From a virus (taxonomy: Duplodnaviria > Caudoviricetes), in IMG/VR virus record IMGVR_UViG_3300016471_000260, positions 1 through 32,646 of that record: DNA of 32,646 nt. One strand, written 5' to 3'. This document shows positions 1 to 9,094 of the stretch, piece after piece; position 1 is the first letter of the stretch; every line of letters starts with the position of its first letter. Under the pieces are notes generated by a model, which had not been told where the DNA came from, did not search any database, and saw only the letters and a program-made list of their open reading frames with translations. The position numbers and the translations under genes are program-made.

Positions 1-442
1 ATTGAGGAGTAAAATAAGGATCAATCTGTTCTACTATTTGCAGAGCATCTTGAGTATTTCTTGCAATGATTGATAAAGTAATATCAAAATTATATGCGAC
101 TGGATTATATTGCATATTTGCTACATTTGTATTTGCACTAGGTCCAGTTTGAACAGCAGGTATTTTTCCTATTGTATTAAGTTTTCTTGATGGATCATAG
201 TAAATATTTGTAATTTCAAATGACATTCTAGGAAATACCATTGATACTTCTCTGAGAAGATCAGGATTCTGAGCAAAACGTGCTAGATATCGTTCCTTTG
301 GACCATATGAAACAGGAATCTTGAATGTTCTTTGAGTGACTCCATCTTTGTCTTTTCTATCAACATAAATGTCATTGAATATTTGACCAAATAAGACAAC
401 ATATTTTCTAATCAATCCATGATAAAAATGATAACCTAAAAT
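1..442 (-). CDS. gp15: Tail sheath stabilizer / tail terminator, T4 gp15-like (runs off the window; apparent ATT start)
   Basis: Absent from the ORF track. Manual translation: (I/M)LGYHFYHGLIRKYVVLFGQIFNDIYVDR...KIPVSYGPKERYLAR...FPRMSFEITNIYYDPSRKLN...PVAYNFDITLSI...QIVEQIDPYFTPQ, which are typical gp15 motifs. It follows gp13-gp14. AGGAGG at 456-451; in-frame TAG upstream at 457-455. Confidence 0.93.
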   Translation of the reverse strand, partial: MLGYHFYHGLIRKYVVLFGQIFNDIYVDRKDKDGVTQRTFKIPVSYGPKERYLARFAQNPDLLREVSMVFPRMSFEITNIYYDPSRKLNTIGKIPAVQTGPSANTNVANMQYNPVAYNFDITLSIIARNTQDALQIVEQIDPYFTPQ

Positions 443-464
443 TTTAATATCCTCCTATAAAATA

Positions 465-472
465 TATAAATA
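465..472 (+). promoter_or_regulatory. T4-type late promoter TATAAATA for the antisense endonuclease remnant
   Basis: Exact TATAAATA about 60 nt upstream of the ATG at 534. Confidence 0.65.
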
Positions 473-475
473 AAT

Positions 476-529
476 GTAGATCGCGGAGCTGTAACTCCCA
501 TCTACTCTAAACCCTTCGAAGGAGGCTTC
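476..529 (+). promoter_or_regulatory. Structured 5' leader with hairpins and SD (AAGGAGG 519-525)
   Basis: GTAGAT(476-481) pairs with ATCTAC(500-505) and GGAG(485-488) with CTCC(495-498). Palindrome CCTTCGAAGG(513-522) and the pair GAAG(518-521)/CTTC(526-529) overlap the SD. The stretch is GC-rich within an AT-rich spacer. Confidence 0.55.
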
Positions 530-533
530 AGCT

Positions 534-725
534 ATGTTTATTCATATACCTTATACTTATCTAATTGGTTGGACTTCGACTAACAAATATTATTATGGAG
601 TACGTTTTGCAAAAAACTGTAATCCTTCAGAACTATTTATAACATATTTCACTTCATCAAAACACGTTAAAAATTACATCAACTCTCCTAATGGATTATT
701 CTTAGAGAAGTCAATAAAGTTTTGA
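534..725 (+). pseudogene. Truncated GIY-YIG (Seg-like) homing endonuclease remnant
   Basis: PYTYLIGW-x5-KYYYGVR...YFTSSKHV resembles the N-terminal GIY-YIG motif pair. Only about 47 codons precede the overlap with the gp14 stop (674-676); the remainder is antisense to gp14. Good SD. Confidence 0.7.
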
Positions 726-1396
726 CCTTCTGCACTGAATAAGCTATTCTGTTGAGTCGTATCTACCTTATCTAAATCATACTGTCCAGTAATGAAATTA
801 CTTCCATCACCAGCAACAAGAGTTTCATCTGTTTCATTTAACATGAAGAAGTCATCAGCAGCATTGCTAAACTTACTTTCAATATTATCAATTTCAGGAA
901 CTCCAGTATCAATATTTTCATTGCTATAATTTGCTCTTTCGCACTTTATATCATAGAAAGATAATTGTCCGGTTTGATAGAAATTGCTTTCGTGTTCAAC
1001 GAATTTTACTTCGAACAATGATTTAGTTAGTGGAAGATAGATGAAATCGCCTTCTAATGGACGAATAAGATTTTGTTGGTACAAAGTAAATTCTTGATAC
1101 CATCTTCTTCGCATCATGCTGAATGTAATTTGATCTGCCATACTAATTCCAAATTTCTGCATCAAGTCACCTTCACCTTGCCATCCCTGAAAAGTTTTAA
1201 TGAAAACTTCAATTGATACGGCTCTTTTAAATTCAGATAAAGAATCTTCTAGAAATACTCTATCAATATTGACATGAGATCGAGGAAGATAATATACTTC
1301 AACTCCATATCTTTGAATCATTTCAGTTCCTAAGTCCTGAAGTAATTCTTGCTCTCCAAAGAAACTAAAATTTTGAAAAAATGAATTGATGGTCAT
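674..1396 (-). CDS. gp14: Neck protein / head completion, T4 gp14-like
   Basis: EQELLQDL..EMIQRYGVEVYYLPR, GEGDLMQKFG, RPLEGDFIYLPL..LFEVKFVEHE..FYQTG and C-terminal IDFSKNNPLG; lies between gp13 and gp15. Confidence 0.95.
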   Translation of the reverse strand: MTINSFFQNFSFFGEQELLQDLGTEMIQRYGVEVYYLPRSHVNIDRVFLEDSLSEFKRAVSIEVFIKTFQGWQGEGDLMQKFGISMADQITFSMMRRRWYQEFTLYQQNLIRPLEGDFIYLPLTKSLFEVKFVEHESNFYQTGQLSFYDIKCERANYSNENIDTGVPEIDNIESKFSNAADDFFMLNETDETLVAGDGSNFITGQYDLDKVDTTQQNSLFSAEGQNFIDFSKNNPLGELM

Positions 1397-1400
1397 AAAA

Positions 1401-2141
1401 TTAACCTAAGAAATATGCAACAGGGACTGAATAACTGTTTATCATATCTGCTTCTAGTTTAGCTATCTCATTTGTTGCATCATTATAGAGTTTTTCTCCA
1501 TTAAATTGCATTCCTCCAGGTAAGGAAACTCCCTGAAATTTAATAAGATTTTGACCCCACTGCTGTTTAATAAGTTCTGTTGCATATTTTTGCAACCAGC
1601 GATCTGACCAAACTTTAGTATAAGTGTCGGGATCAACAACTTGAAATGCTTCTACAATAACAAATTCATCTACATTTAATCTATCCCAATCCATATCAAT
1701 ATAAAGTCTATTCATTCTTCTATTAAATCTAATTGGATGCTGACCTACTAAAAGCTGTTCAAGCAACTGAATATGTTGCATTGCCATATAATATGGTACC
1801 ATTGTTGTTGCAGTTAGATCATAAAGATCATTCAATGCAATTTGATATCTAATATTAAAAAGATTATTAGTAGAAAGTGAAGATCCAATTGGAAATACAT
1901 GAACTGCTCCAATAATATTATCCGGAAGAGTTATGTACTTGTTGTTATAATCTTGTTGAGTTATTTGTGCTTTATAATAAGTTTTGCCTGTACCATCAAA
2001 ATGGAAATCCCAGTAATATTGTAAAGCATCATCAATACGATCATCTACTTGATCATCATCAACATTGATCTGAGTAACAGGGGCACCCAATCGTCTTAAA
2101 CAATAATCTTTGAAAGTTTGTCTACTGACTGGTAATGCCAT
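1401..2141 (-). CDS. gp13: Neck protein, T4 gp13-like
   Basis: SRQTFKDYCLRRLGAPVTQINVDDDQVDDRIDDALQYY, WLQKYATELIKQQWGQNLIKF.GVSLPGG; SD GGAG upstream. Confidence 0.96.
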   Translation of the reverse strand: MALPVSRQTFKDYCLRRLGAPVTQINVDDDQVDDRIDDALQYYWDFHFDGTGKTYYKAQITQQDYNNKYITLPDNIIGAVHVFPIGSSLSTNNLFNIRYQIALNDLYDLTATTMVPYYMAMQHIQLLEQLLVGQHPIRFNRRMNRLYIDMDWDRLNVDEFVIVEAFQVVDPDTYTKVWSDRWLQKYATELIKQQWGQNLIKFQGVSLPGGMQFNGEKLYNDATNEIAKLEADMINSYSVPVAYFLG

Positions 2142-2154
2142 TTATCTTTCTCCA

Positions 2155-2325
2155 TTAGATACTAGCAATATTTATAGCTTCTTGTATCTTCTGAATGCTT
2201 TCTTGTATATAAAAAATATTCGTATTTAAAATTTCCGCTGTTTCGCTGTTTTTAATCATATTTTTAGCTAATGTCAAAAAGATGACTCTTTCCTCTAATA
2301 TAGTTAATATCTCAGGTAAAGTCAT
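2155..2325 (-). CDS. Small helical hypothetical protein (56 aa)
   Basis: Manual translation MTLPEILTILEERVIFLTLAKNMIKNSETAEILNTNIFYIQESIQKIQEAINIASI*. Fills the gap before gp13; AAGGA upstream; below the ORF-track cutoff. Confidence 0.7.
   Translation of the reverse strand: MTLPEILTILEERVIFLTLAKNMIKNSETAEILNTNIFYIQESIQKIQEAINIASI
2169..2176 (-). promoter_or_regulatory. T4-type late promoter TATAAATA upstream of gp13
   Basis: Exact TATAAATA on the minus strand, 27 nt before the gp13 ATG (2141). Confidence 0.7.
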
Positions 2326-2347
2326 CTCTTATCGTTCCTTGAATAAA

Positions 2348-2521
2348 CTACTGTAACGAAATAAGTTTTTTAAGTTCTTCTATACTAGTGACAGTAGTCA
2401 TCAAATCATTATCAATTTTTGCTACATTAGCCAAGTCTCCAATAGCAACGGCAGATTTTCTAGCTTCATTTAAACTAGCTAATCTATTTTGTAAAATTAT
2501 CAAAATTTCATTAAGTTGCAT
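2348..2521 (-). CDS. Small coiled-coil hypothetical protein (57 aa)
   Basis: Manual translation MQLNEILIILQNRLASLNEARKSAVAIGDLANVAKIDNDLMTTVTSIEELKKLISLQ*; SD GGAG upstream. Confidence 0.8.
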   Translation of the reverse strand: MQLNEILIILQNRLASLNEARKSAVAIGDLANVAKIDNDLMTTVTSIEELKKLISLQ

Positions 2522-2540
2522 TTATTTTCTCCAATAAATT

Positions 2541-5500
2541 TTAATAGAACAATAATGTACGGAATGTTTCAACTTGCGCTTGACGAGTAAGCCATAGATA
2601 CTTCAATCCATCTACCGTTTTGAATATTTCCATTCTGTTTCCGATACCTGCAGTGCCAGCAGTATAAGGGAACAAACCAGCTCCGTGAACCATCATAGTA
2701 GTTAAGTCTAGATAATATACACGATTGGTTGCGTCTCTTGTAAAGTAGATTCTATCTCCCCCATCATACGCATACATAGAACCTGCGCCTAAAGCTTCAA
2801 AGTTCGGAGTTATAGAAATAAAATAAAACAAATCATTAGTTAGATCAATTCTATCAACACCAACAGCGGTTCCTCTAAATCTATATAAGTTTCTACCTCT
2901 ACTAACTGGATTAGAACCATTAGAGTTCCACCTTAATTGAAGTCCTGCGCCCGGAACAATTGTTGGGAGAATACAATATGTTGTAATGCCAGTTGCAGGA
3001 GCAGTCGTCAAAGCTGCTGTTGTTGTTATAGTTCCCGTTGTAGGTGCCACGATACCTATTGTAGCTTCCTGATTGATACCTGTTGAAGAGATTATTCTTA
3101 CTCTTCTTCCAGTTAATCCTTGGGCAGACCAAGCAGTGAAAGTTATTGTACCAGAAACTGTGCCTGTTAAAGGAGTATCAACGACAATTGTAGTTGTGCC
3201 GCCACCAGAAACAACTCTAGTACCAGCAGGAATATTTGTTCCAGAAACATACCAACCATTATGAATAGGAGATCCTATTGCTGATAATGTAAATGAAGTT
3301 GCTCCTACTCCGCCGCCTGAACCTGTTGCGGTTGCCCAGAAAGCGTTTGTATCCACCAAGCCAGCAGTAGATTGAGTTCCTAAAGTTACTCCTGATAGAT
3401 AAGAAAGGTTTTGTCCTGCATAAAACTGCCCTATCATATTTCTTCTAGAAATAACATATCTAGAAAGACCTGAAGCTACAGCAGTCATTGCCGCCAGAGG
3501 AATCATAATTGTTCCGTTGTTTACGTTTTGGGCGACTAACTGACCCGCTGTTCCTGTTGCTAAAAGACCAGTGGCTGAAGCAACAGGAGCTGCTGTTGTG
3601 GCGTAAATCATAGCATTAACTTCAGTAGGAGCATAGAAAGTAATTGTTCCTGATGGAGTTCCTGCATGAGGAGTCGAAACTACGATAGTATTTGTACCTT
3701 CGCCAGATACAACTCTGGCTCCGTTTCCGATATTAGTTCCAGAAACAAACCAATCTCTAATATAAGACGGAACAGTTCCTGTAAATGTTATGCTAGTAGT
3801 ATTAGGATTTGAGCTATAAGTTGCTGTTACAGGCAAAGGATTATTTACAGGATAACTGAAAGTTATAGTTCCTGATGGAGCACCAGCACATTGAATAGAG
3901 AACTGAGGTGTTACTGTTCCTTCTCCGCCCGTCACATAAGCTCCTATACCAATATTTGTTCCGGTAGCAAGCCAACCCTTTACATAAGCCGGAATTGATG
4001 CGCTCATAGTTGCCGTAAATACACCAGCGCCGCCGCCTGATGAATATGTAGCAGTTACAGGTCTAGGCCACTTTGTAAATACAATTGTTCCTGTTGGAGT
4101 GCCTGCTCCTGTAAGATTGAAATTTATTGTTGTAGTTCCTGCTCCGCTCGCAACTTGAGCGCCAGCAGCAATATTTGTACCATAAGCATACCAACCATTG
4201 ATATTAGATGGGGTTGCTCTTGTAAACGTAACTGATGTAGTCGAACCGCCAGTTGCAAGATCAGCAAAATGTTTCGAAGCATCTGGGGCAACTGAAGCGC
4301 CAACTGTTACGTTTTCTGAATATTGATATGTACCAGTACCAGCCGCGTTAGGGACATAGGTAAAAGAGGTTGAAGAAGGAATAGTTGCGATCTGAACTTT
4401 ACCAGTGACGTTATAAACGTCAGCAGCAGCAGAAGTTACGCCTCTAATAGAGACCCACTGTCCAACTTTAAATTGGTGAGGCTGAACTGTAGTTGCGGTA
4501 ATAGTTGTTGTTCCAGAAAGAGCCGAAATAGAAACAGGCTTTTGTTAGTAGATAACATGAGTTGCTGTTGACGTTCCGTCAGTAGGAATTGCACAAGCAA
4601 CCTGAATAGTTCCTTCATCCAAAACTCTTCCATGAGATAACATATCTGAACCGTTTAAATGATAAAGATATGTCTCGGCATTACCACCAAGAGAGAACAA
4701 CATATCAGGGCTATAAGCCTGAATAGCATAGATTGATGTACTATCTGGCTGAACTGTCCAGGGTTCATATACAACTATGCTATCTGTTCCGTTGCTTTGA
4801 ATTTGTCTTGTCTGACCGTCTCCCGTTCCTGATAATATTCTAATAGCATAATTTGTCCAACGATTAACTTCCCAAGTTTTTGAAGAATCAAAAACGATCT
4901 TTCCGCTTGTTGAAGTTAGAGTTCCTGCATCATATCCTACAATATTATAGCGGCTCGTTGAATCTAAAGCAGTCGATAGAACAGGATTAAAATTTAATTG
5001 AGCGGAAGTATTATTAGCAACATTTGCTAATTGTCCTCTACCTGTTCCTGACCAAATATGAACTTTATATCCTGCCCATTGATCAATTGTCCAATTAGAA
5101 GTGCTATCAGTCAGACTGCTAGTATTTCCACTTGAAGCTTTTCCTGTATACCAAATGCTAGAATTTTCTGTAAATCTTTCAATTGAAGCATCTGTAGATA
5201 CAACAGGAATCATAGAGTTATTGATAGATTTTGCATACCAAATATCTTCTAAGACGCTATAATATTGCATTGTGGCGCCGCCGTTTGCTACAGTGGCTCC
5301 GGAAAGTAAATAAATGCCTCCGGATTGAATAACATATCTAGAAGTGTTATCTGGAGTGACTGTCCAAGCTGTATCAACAGTAATTGTTGATGCTTCGATT
5401 TGATATTGAGAACCGATAACCGTTGAAGAACCAACAGCGGTTGTCGTCATACCGATTGTACCAGCAGTAGGAGACATGGGAGAGCAATCAGAATCCCAAG

Positions 5501-6107
5501 CATAAATGTTTAAATCGGCAATGGTTGCAACTGTAGCTGTATTATAAAGAATTTTTCTAACTTGATTAAATCCTGCGCCGCCAGTTATTCTTGCAACATA
5601 ACCAACCCAGTTGTTAAAAGTCCATGCTTTGTTTGTATCAGTGATGTTTGCTGCAGAGGCTGTAGTTACTGCACCCCAATCAGCGACGGTAGGCTCAGAA
5701 ACTGAAGTAATAATTCTTTCTTGTCCTGCGCCTCTCCCCGAAACAATTCTAATTCTATATCCTACTGCTGAGTTGTTAGGTAGTCCTGTAAAGATAGTTG
5801 TCGAAGTTGCGCTTACAACTCTACCAAAATAACCTACGGCACCAGCAAATGCCATATGAGTTGCAGTTAATGGAGTAATACCAGGAGAAGCTAATTGTTG
5901 ATAAGTATCTGTTACAGTATCATAACGCCAGAAGTTCGTAGCATTAAGTAGCGCATAAATGTAACGACCTGAATTTTCATTAAAATCTGTATTATCTGCA
6001 TTACAAACTGCTGAAAGACCGTTAGTCGATGCAACAGGAAGAGGTCTTGTCCATTCCCAAACTGGAAGATCAACTTGCTTTGTCAATTTATTAGACGTAA
6101 GTGCCAT
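2541..6107 (-). CDS. Large repeat-rich virion/adhesin-like protein (1188 codons) interrupted by one in-frame TAA at 4545-4547 (track ORFs 4545..6107 and 2541..4007)
   Basis: The two track ORFs share a frame (6107-4007=2100). The 179 codons between them (4544-4008) are stop-free and carry the same GW..GTNI..GA.V..G.GT repeat as the downstream part. Propeller-like blades occur at both termini. Confidence 0.8.
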
Positions 6108-6123
6108 TTATATATTCCCCTGA

Positions 6124-6483
6124 TTATGAAAAAGTTAGTTGCGATCTAATTCCGGTGTTGTATGCAGTTCTTGCAGGATCGGAAAGAATTTGTTGGTTCC
6201 AGTTGAACAACCCAGCAATGTTAGTGACAGATCCTACCGTGGTTATAGTTCCGGCTGTGATAGTGGATACCGTTCCTACTGTTGTTACTGTTGTTACTGT
6301 GGGAAGCGTAGTACCTGCAGTAACGTTATCCAGAGTAATTCTTTGTCTCTGTTGAGGATCTACGGCTTGCTGATTTTCTAAAATCTTAGCAATTCTTCTA
6401 AGCAAAACAACAGATTCTTCCGATGCTGGATTAACTACTTCGCCTTTAGAATCTTTTATTTTTTGAGTTTCGAAATATGCCAT
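6124..6483 (-). CDS. Hypothetical virion-associated protein with Thr/Val-rich (TVTTV) repeat
   Basis: 119-aa ORF with SD AAGGA, tightly packed in the operon; TLPTVTTVTTVGTVSTITAGTITTVGSV tract. Confidence 0.8.
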   Translation of the reverse strand: MAYFETQKIKDSKGEVVNPASEESVVLLRRIAKILENQQAVDPQQRQRITLDNVTAGTTLPTVTTVTTVGTVSTITAGTITTVGSVTNIAGLFNWNQQILSDPARTAYNTGIRSQLTFS

Positions 6484-6492
6484 AAGATTTCC

Positions 6493-9090
6493 TTAATATA
6501 CGTTCCAGTTTGAACCATCAGAAACTAAACCCATCACCGAATTTTGTTCTGTTATTATCATATTTATATAACCATTTATAGTTTGTCCAGATTGAGGAAG
6601 AACTGTAATTTCTCCTGTTCCGTTATTTTTAATCCAGAATCGTAATCCTGAATTTCCGACTGCTGTCGGAAGAGTCAGTGTTATAGTTCCTGATGCGATA
6701 TAGAAAGTTGTCGGAGCCGCTAAAGTTGTGTTTACAGAAACCGTAGAGACAGTTTCATTAGAACCGCCACCACCTCCGCCAGTTGGAGTTGCCCAATAAA
6801 CATTAGATCCAGTTCCTGCTGATGTTAAAACTTGACCCGCGCTTCCGAACGAACCATTTGCGCTTAGACGATCTTGTAATACAACATTTGCTTGAAATGT
6901 TTGAGGAGCAGACCAAGTATAAGCTGTTCCGTTAGAGAAAGAACCAGAAGGAGGAGAGGTCCAATAAAGTCCAGTTCCATTCGAAGCAAGGAGTTCTCCG
7001 ATTCCGCCAATCGATCCATTCGCTATTAAACTTTTTAAAACAAGAGCAGTAGAATTGACGACTGTGTTGACTGAAGTATTTCCGATACTCAATACAGTGG
7101 TATTAACAGTAACGTTTGCTGTTGTATTACCAACAGATAAAGTTGCAGTATTAACAAATACATTTGCATTAAATGTTTGAATTGCTGTATAACTATTATT
7201 GTTTGACCAGAAAACTGCATTCGCAGGAAGTCTTGCATGATTTAAAGTTCCAGTAGAAATATTAGTTGCATTAGTATAAAATGCTGGTAATTCACCACCG
7301 AGATTTAATGAATTATTAGAAGTTAAGGTAGCAACATTAGCAGAAAGACCAGCAGTTGTTTGATATCCTGAAGCAGCAACACCACCTAGATTTGTAGCAT
7401 TGTTTGCTGTGCCAGAAAAAGCCGTCGAATTGATCGACACATTTACTGAAGCATTTCCTACTAAAATTACTCCCGTATTGACAGAAATTTGTGATGTAGA
7501 ATTAGAAACTAAAATAGAAGCAGGAAGAACTGCTGTGTTTACTGTATTATTTCCAATCGTAAGTCTCGATGTCGCTTTCGCAAAAACAAAAAGATTGTTT
7601 CCTCCGAAAATGCCGCCATCATTAAATTGAACTTGAGTATCTACTCCTCCAGGAAGAGTAGGAGTCAATCCTGCCCAAGTTTGGTCGCCTCTCAAATATG
7701 TTGTGCTATCTGGAGTTCCGCTAATTGCAAGCCTTGCTGCCGCAATAGTTCCTGTTGTTATGTTTGTAGCATTAGCATAAAAGCTAGAATTTTGACCATT
7801 GAAATTAGTGGCATTATTTGCAGTTCCAGAAAATTGTGTACTGTTGGCTGTAGCATAAACAGTGGTATTTCCTAACCGAACAGAGTTCGTCCAAAAATTT
7901 GCTATTGTAAAAGAAGAATCGGAAGTGTCAATATAAATTGAAGCGTCTGGTTCAGGATCGTATCCTTCGAATACTTTCCAATATCCATCAGTCGCATCTC
8001 TAAAGATACCTGTATGATGATATGAACCATCATTATATCCGGCGGCTAAACCTAGATCTGGATTAGATTCTGATTTGCCTCTAGCAATGCCTCCCGAGAC
8101 ATAAGGATCTACATTAGTACCAGTAACAACAAACTCGGTTGAGTTAGCAGATACTATGTTTAAATAAGTTGTATTGTATGAAGAAGGATTGACTCCGATT
8201 ACTGCTACATCCCATCCTGCTTGATAATTATTATTTGCAACAAATCTAATCTGAGAACCGTTTGTAATAATATTTGAAATATTTGCCGATATTCCTTGAT
8301 TAAGGTACAACATATTATCAACAAAGGTCGTGGTATTTCCTTGTATTACAATCGAAGAACCAAGAACAGTTAAATTGCCGGAAATAGTTGCGCTACCAAA
8401 CACAACAGAATCTGTAGTTTGGACATTTTGATTCATTCTAAATGGAAGTCTAGGTTCTGCTAAAGTTCCTGTTGTTATATTTGTAGCATTAGTATAAAAG
8501 CTAGAATTTTGACCATTTAGATTTGTAGAGTTATTTGCAGTTAGAGTTGCAACATTTGCTGCTAGACCAGTGGTTGTTTGATAACTTGCAGCGGAAATAC
8601 CACCCAGATTTGTAGCATTATTTGCTGTGCCACTAAATGCAGTAGAATTGATACTTACATTTACTGATGAATTTCCAACAATAATGTGAGTTGTATTTGT
8701 TGTTACATTTACTGATGAATTTCCAACAGAAAGAACTGAATTGCTTACAATTACATTTGCTTCAAATGTTTGAATATCTGACCAAATATAAGCGATACCA
8801 TTCGAGAAAGAACCGCCTCCACCTCCACCTGAAACAGTGCTCCAATATACTCCTGTTCCATTGGTGGTTAGTACTTGACCTGATGTACCAAAAGATCCAT
8901 TGGCTCTAAGACTTCTCAAACTTACAGATGTAGAATTAATTTGAGTGTTTACTGAACCATTTCCAATGCTTACAGCATTTGTTGCTATAATATTGACTGC
9001 ATTTATATTAACAAATGCAGGCAATGGAACTGATAATGTAGTAGAGTTTCTTAGCTTTACTTTAATTGTAGGATTATTATAAATTGTCAT
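6493..9090 (-). CDS. Putative tail/baseplate fibre protein (865 aa)
   Basis: Asn/Thr/Ser/Gly-rich repeats (ANGSFG..GQVLT, NSTAFSGTANNATNLGG, FY.NATNITTGT), PGGVDTQVQFNDGG motif, and a C-terminal TITLTLPTAVGNSG...TING domain common in phage fibres. Confidence 0.8.
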   Translation of the reverse strand: MTIYNNPTIKVKLRNSTTLSVPLPAFVNINAVNIIATNAVSIGNGSVNTQINSTSVSLRSLRANGSFGTSGQVLTTNGTGVYWSTVSGGGGGGSFSNGIAYIWSDIQTFEANVIVSNSVLSVGNSSVNVTTNTTHIIVGNSSVNVSINSTAFSGTANNATNLGGISAASYQTTTGLAANVATLTANNSTNLNGQNSSFYTNATNITTGTLAEPRLPFRMNQNVQTTDSVVFGSATISGNLTVLGSSIVIQGNTTTFVDNMLYLNQGISANISNIITNGSQIRFVANNNYQAGWDVAVIGVNPSSYNTTYLNIVSANSTEFVVTGTNVDPYVSGGIARGKSESNPDLGLAAGYNDGSYHHTGIFRDATDGYWKVFEGYDPEPDASIYIDTSDSSFTIANFWTNSVRLGNTTVYATANSTQFSGTANNATNFNGQNSSFYANATNITTGTIAAARLAISGTPDSTTYLRGDQTWAGLTPTLPGGVDTQVQFNDGGIFGGNNLFVFAKATSRLTIGNNTVNTAVLPASILVSNSTSQISVNTGVILVGNASVNVSINSTAFSGTANNATNLGGVAASGYQTTAGLSANVATLTSNNSLNLGGELPAFYTNATNISTGTLNHARLPANAVFWSNNNSYTAIQTFNANVFVNTATLSVGNTTANVTVNTTVLSIGNTSVNTVVNSTALVLKSLIANGSIGGIGELLASNGTGLYWTSPPSGSFSNGTAYTWSAPQTFQANVVLQDRLSANGSFGSAGQVLTSAGTGSNVYWATPTGGGGGGSNETVSTVSVNTTLAAPTTFYIASGTITLTLPTAVGNSGLRFWIKNNGTGEITVLPQSGQTINGYINMIITEQNSVMGLVSDGSNWNVY
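7747..7800. repeat. 54-bp direct repeat, copy 1 (copy 2 at 8464-8517)
   Basis: agttcctgttgttat[g/a]tttgtagcattag[c/t]ataaaagctagaattttgaccatt; 52 of 54 positions identical. Confidence 0.9.
8464..8517. repeat. 54-bp direct repeat, copy 2
   Basis: Matches 7747-7800; encodes NGQNSSFY(T/A)NATNITTGT. Confidence 0.9.
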
Positions 9091-9094
9091 TTGT

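Noticed and set aside
4436-4633. Frameshift bypass of the TAA through the overlapping 65-aa ORF
   Set aside because: The original frame is coherent on both sides of the stop, so a bypass would need two compensating shifts, and no slippery site is evident.
7747-8517. Diversity-generating retroelement TR/VR pair
   Set aside because: Both copies are in-frame coding repeats inside one gene, with only two mismatches that are not adenine-specific, and no reverse transcriptase is present in the window.
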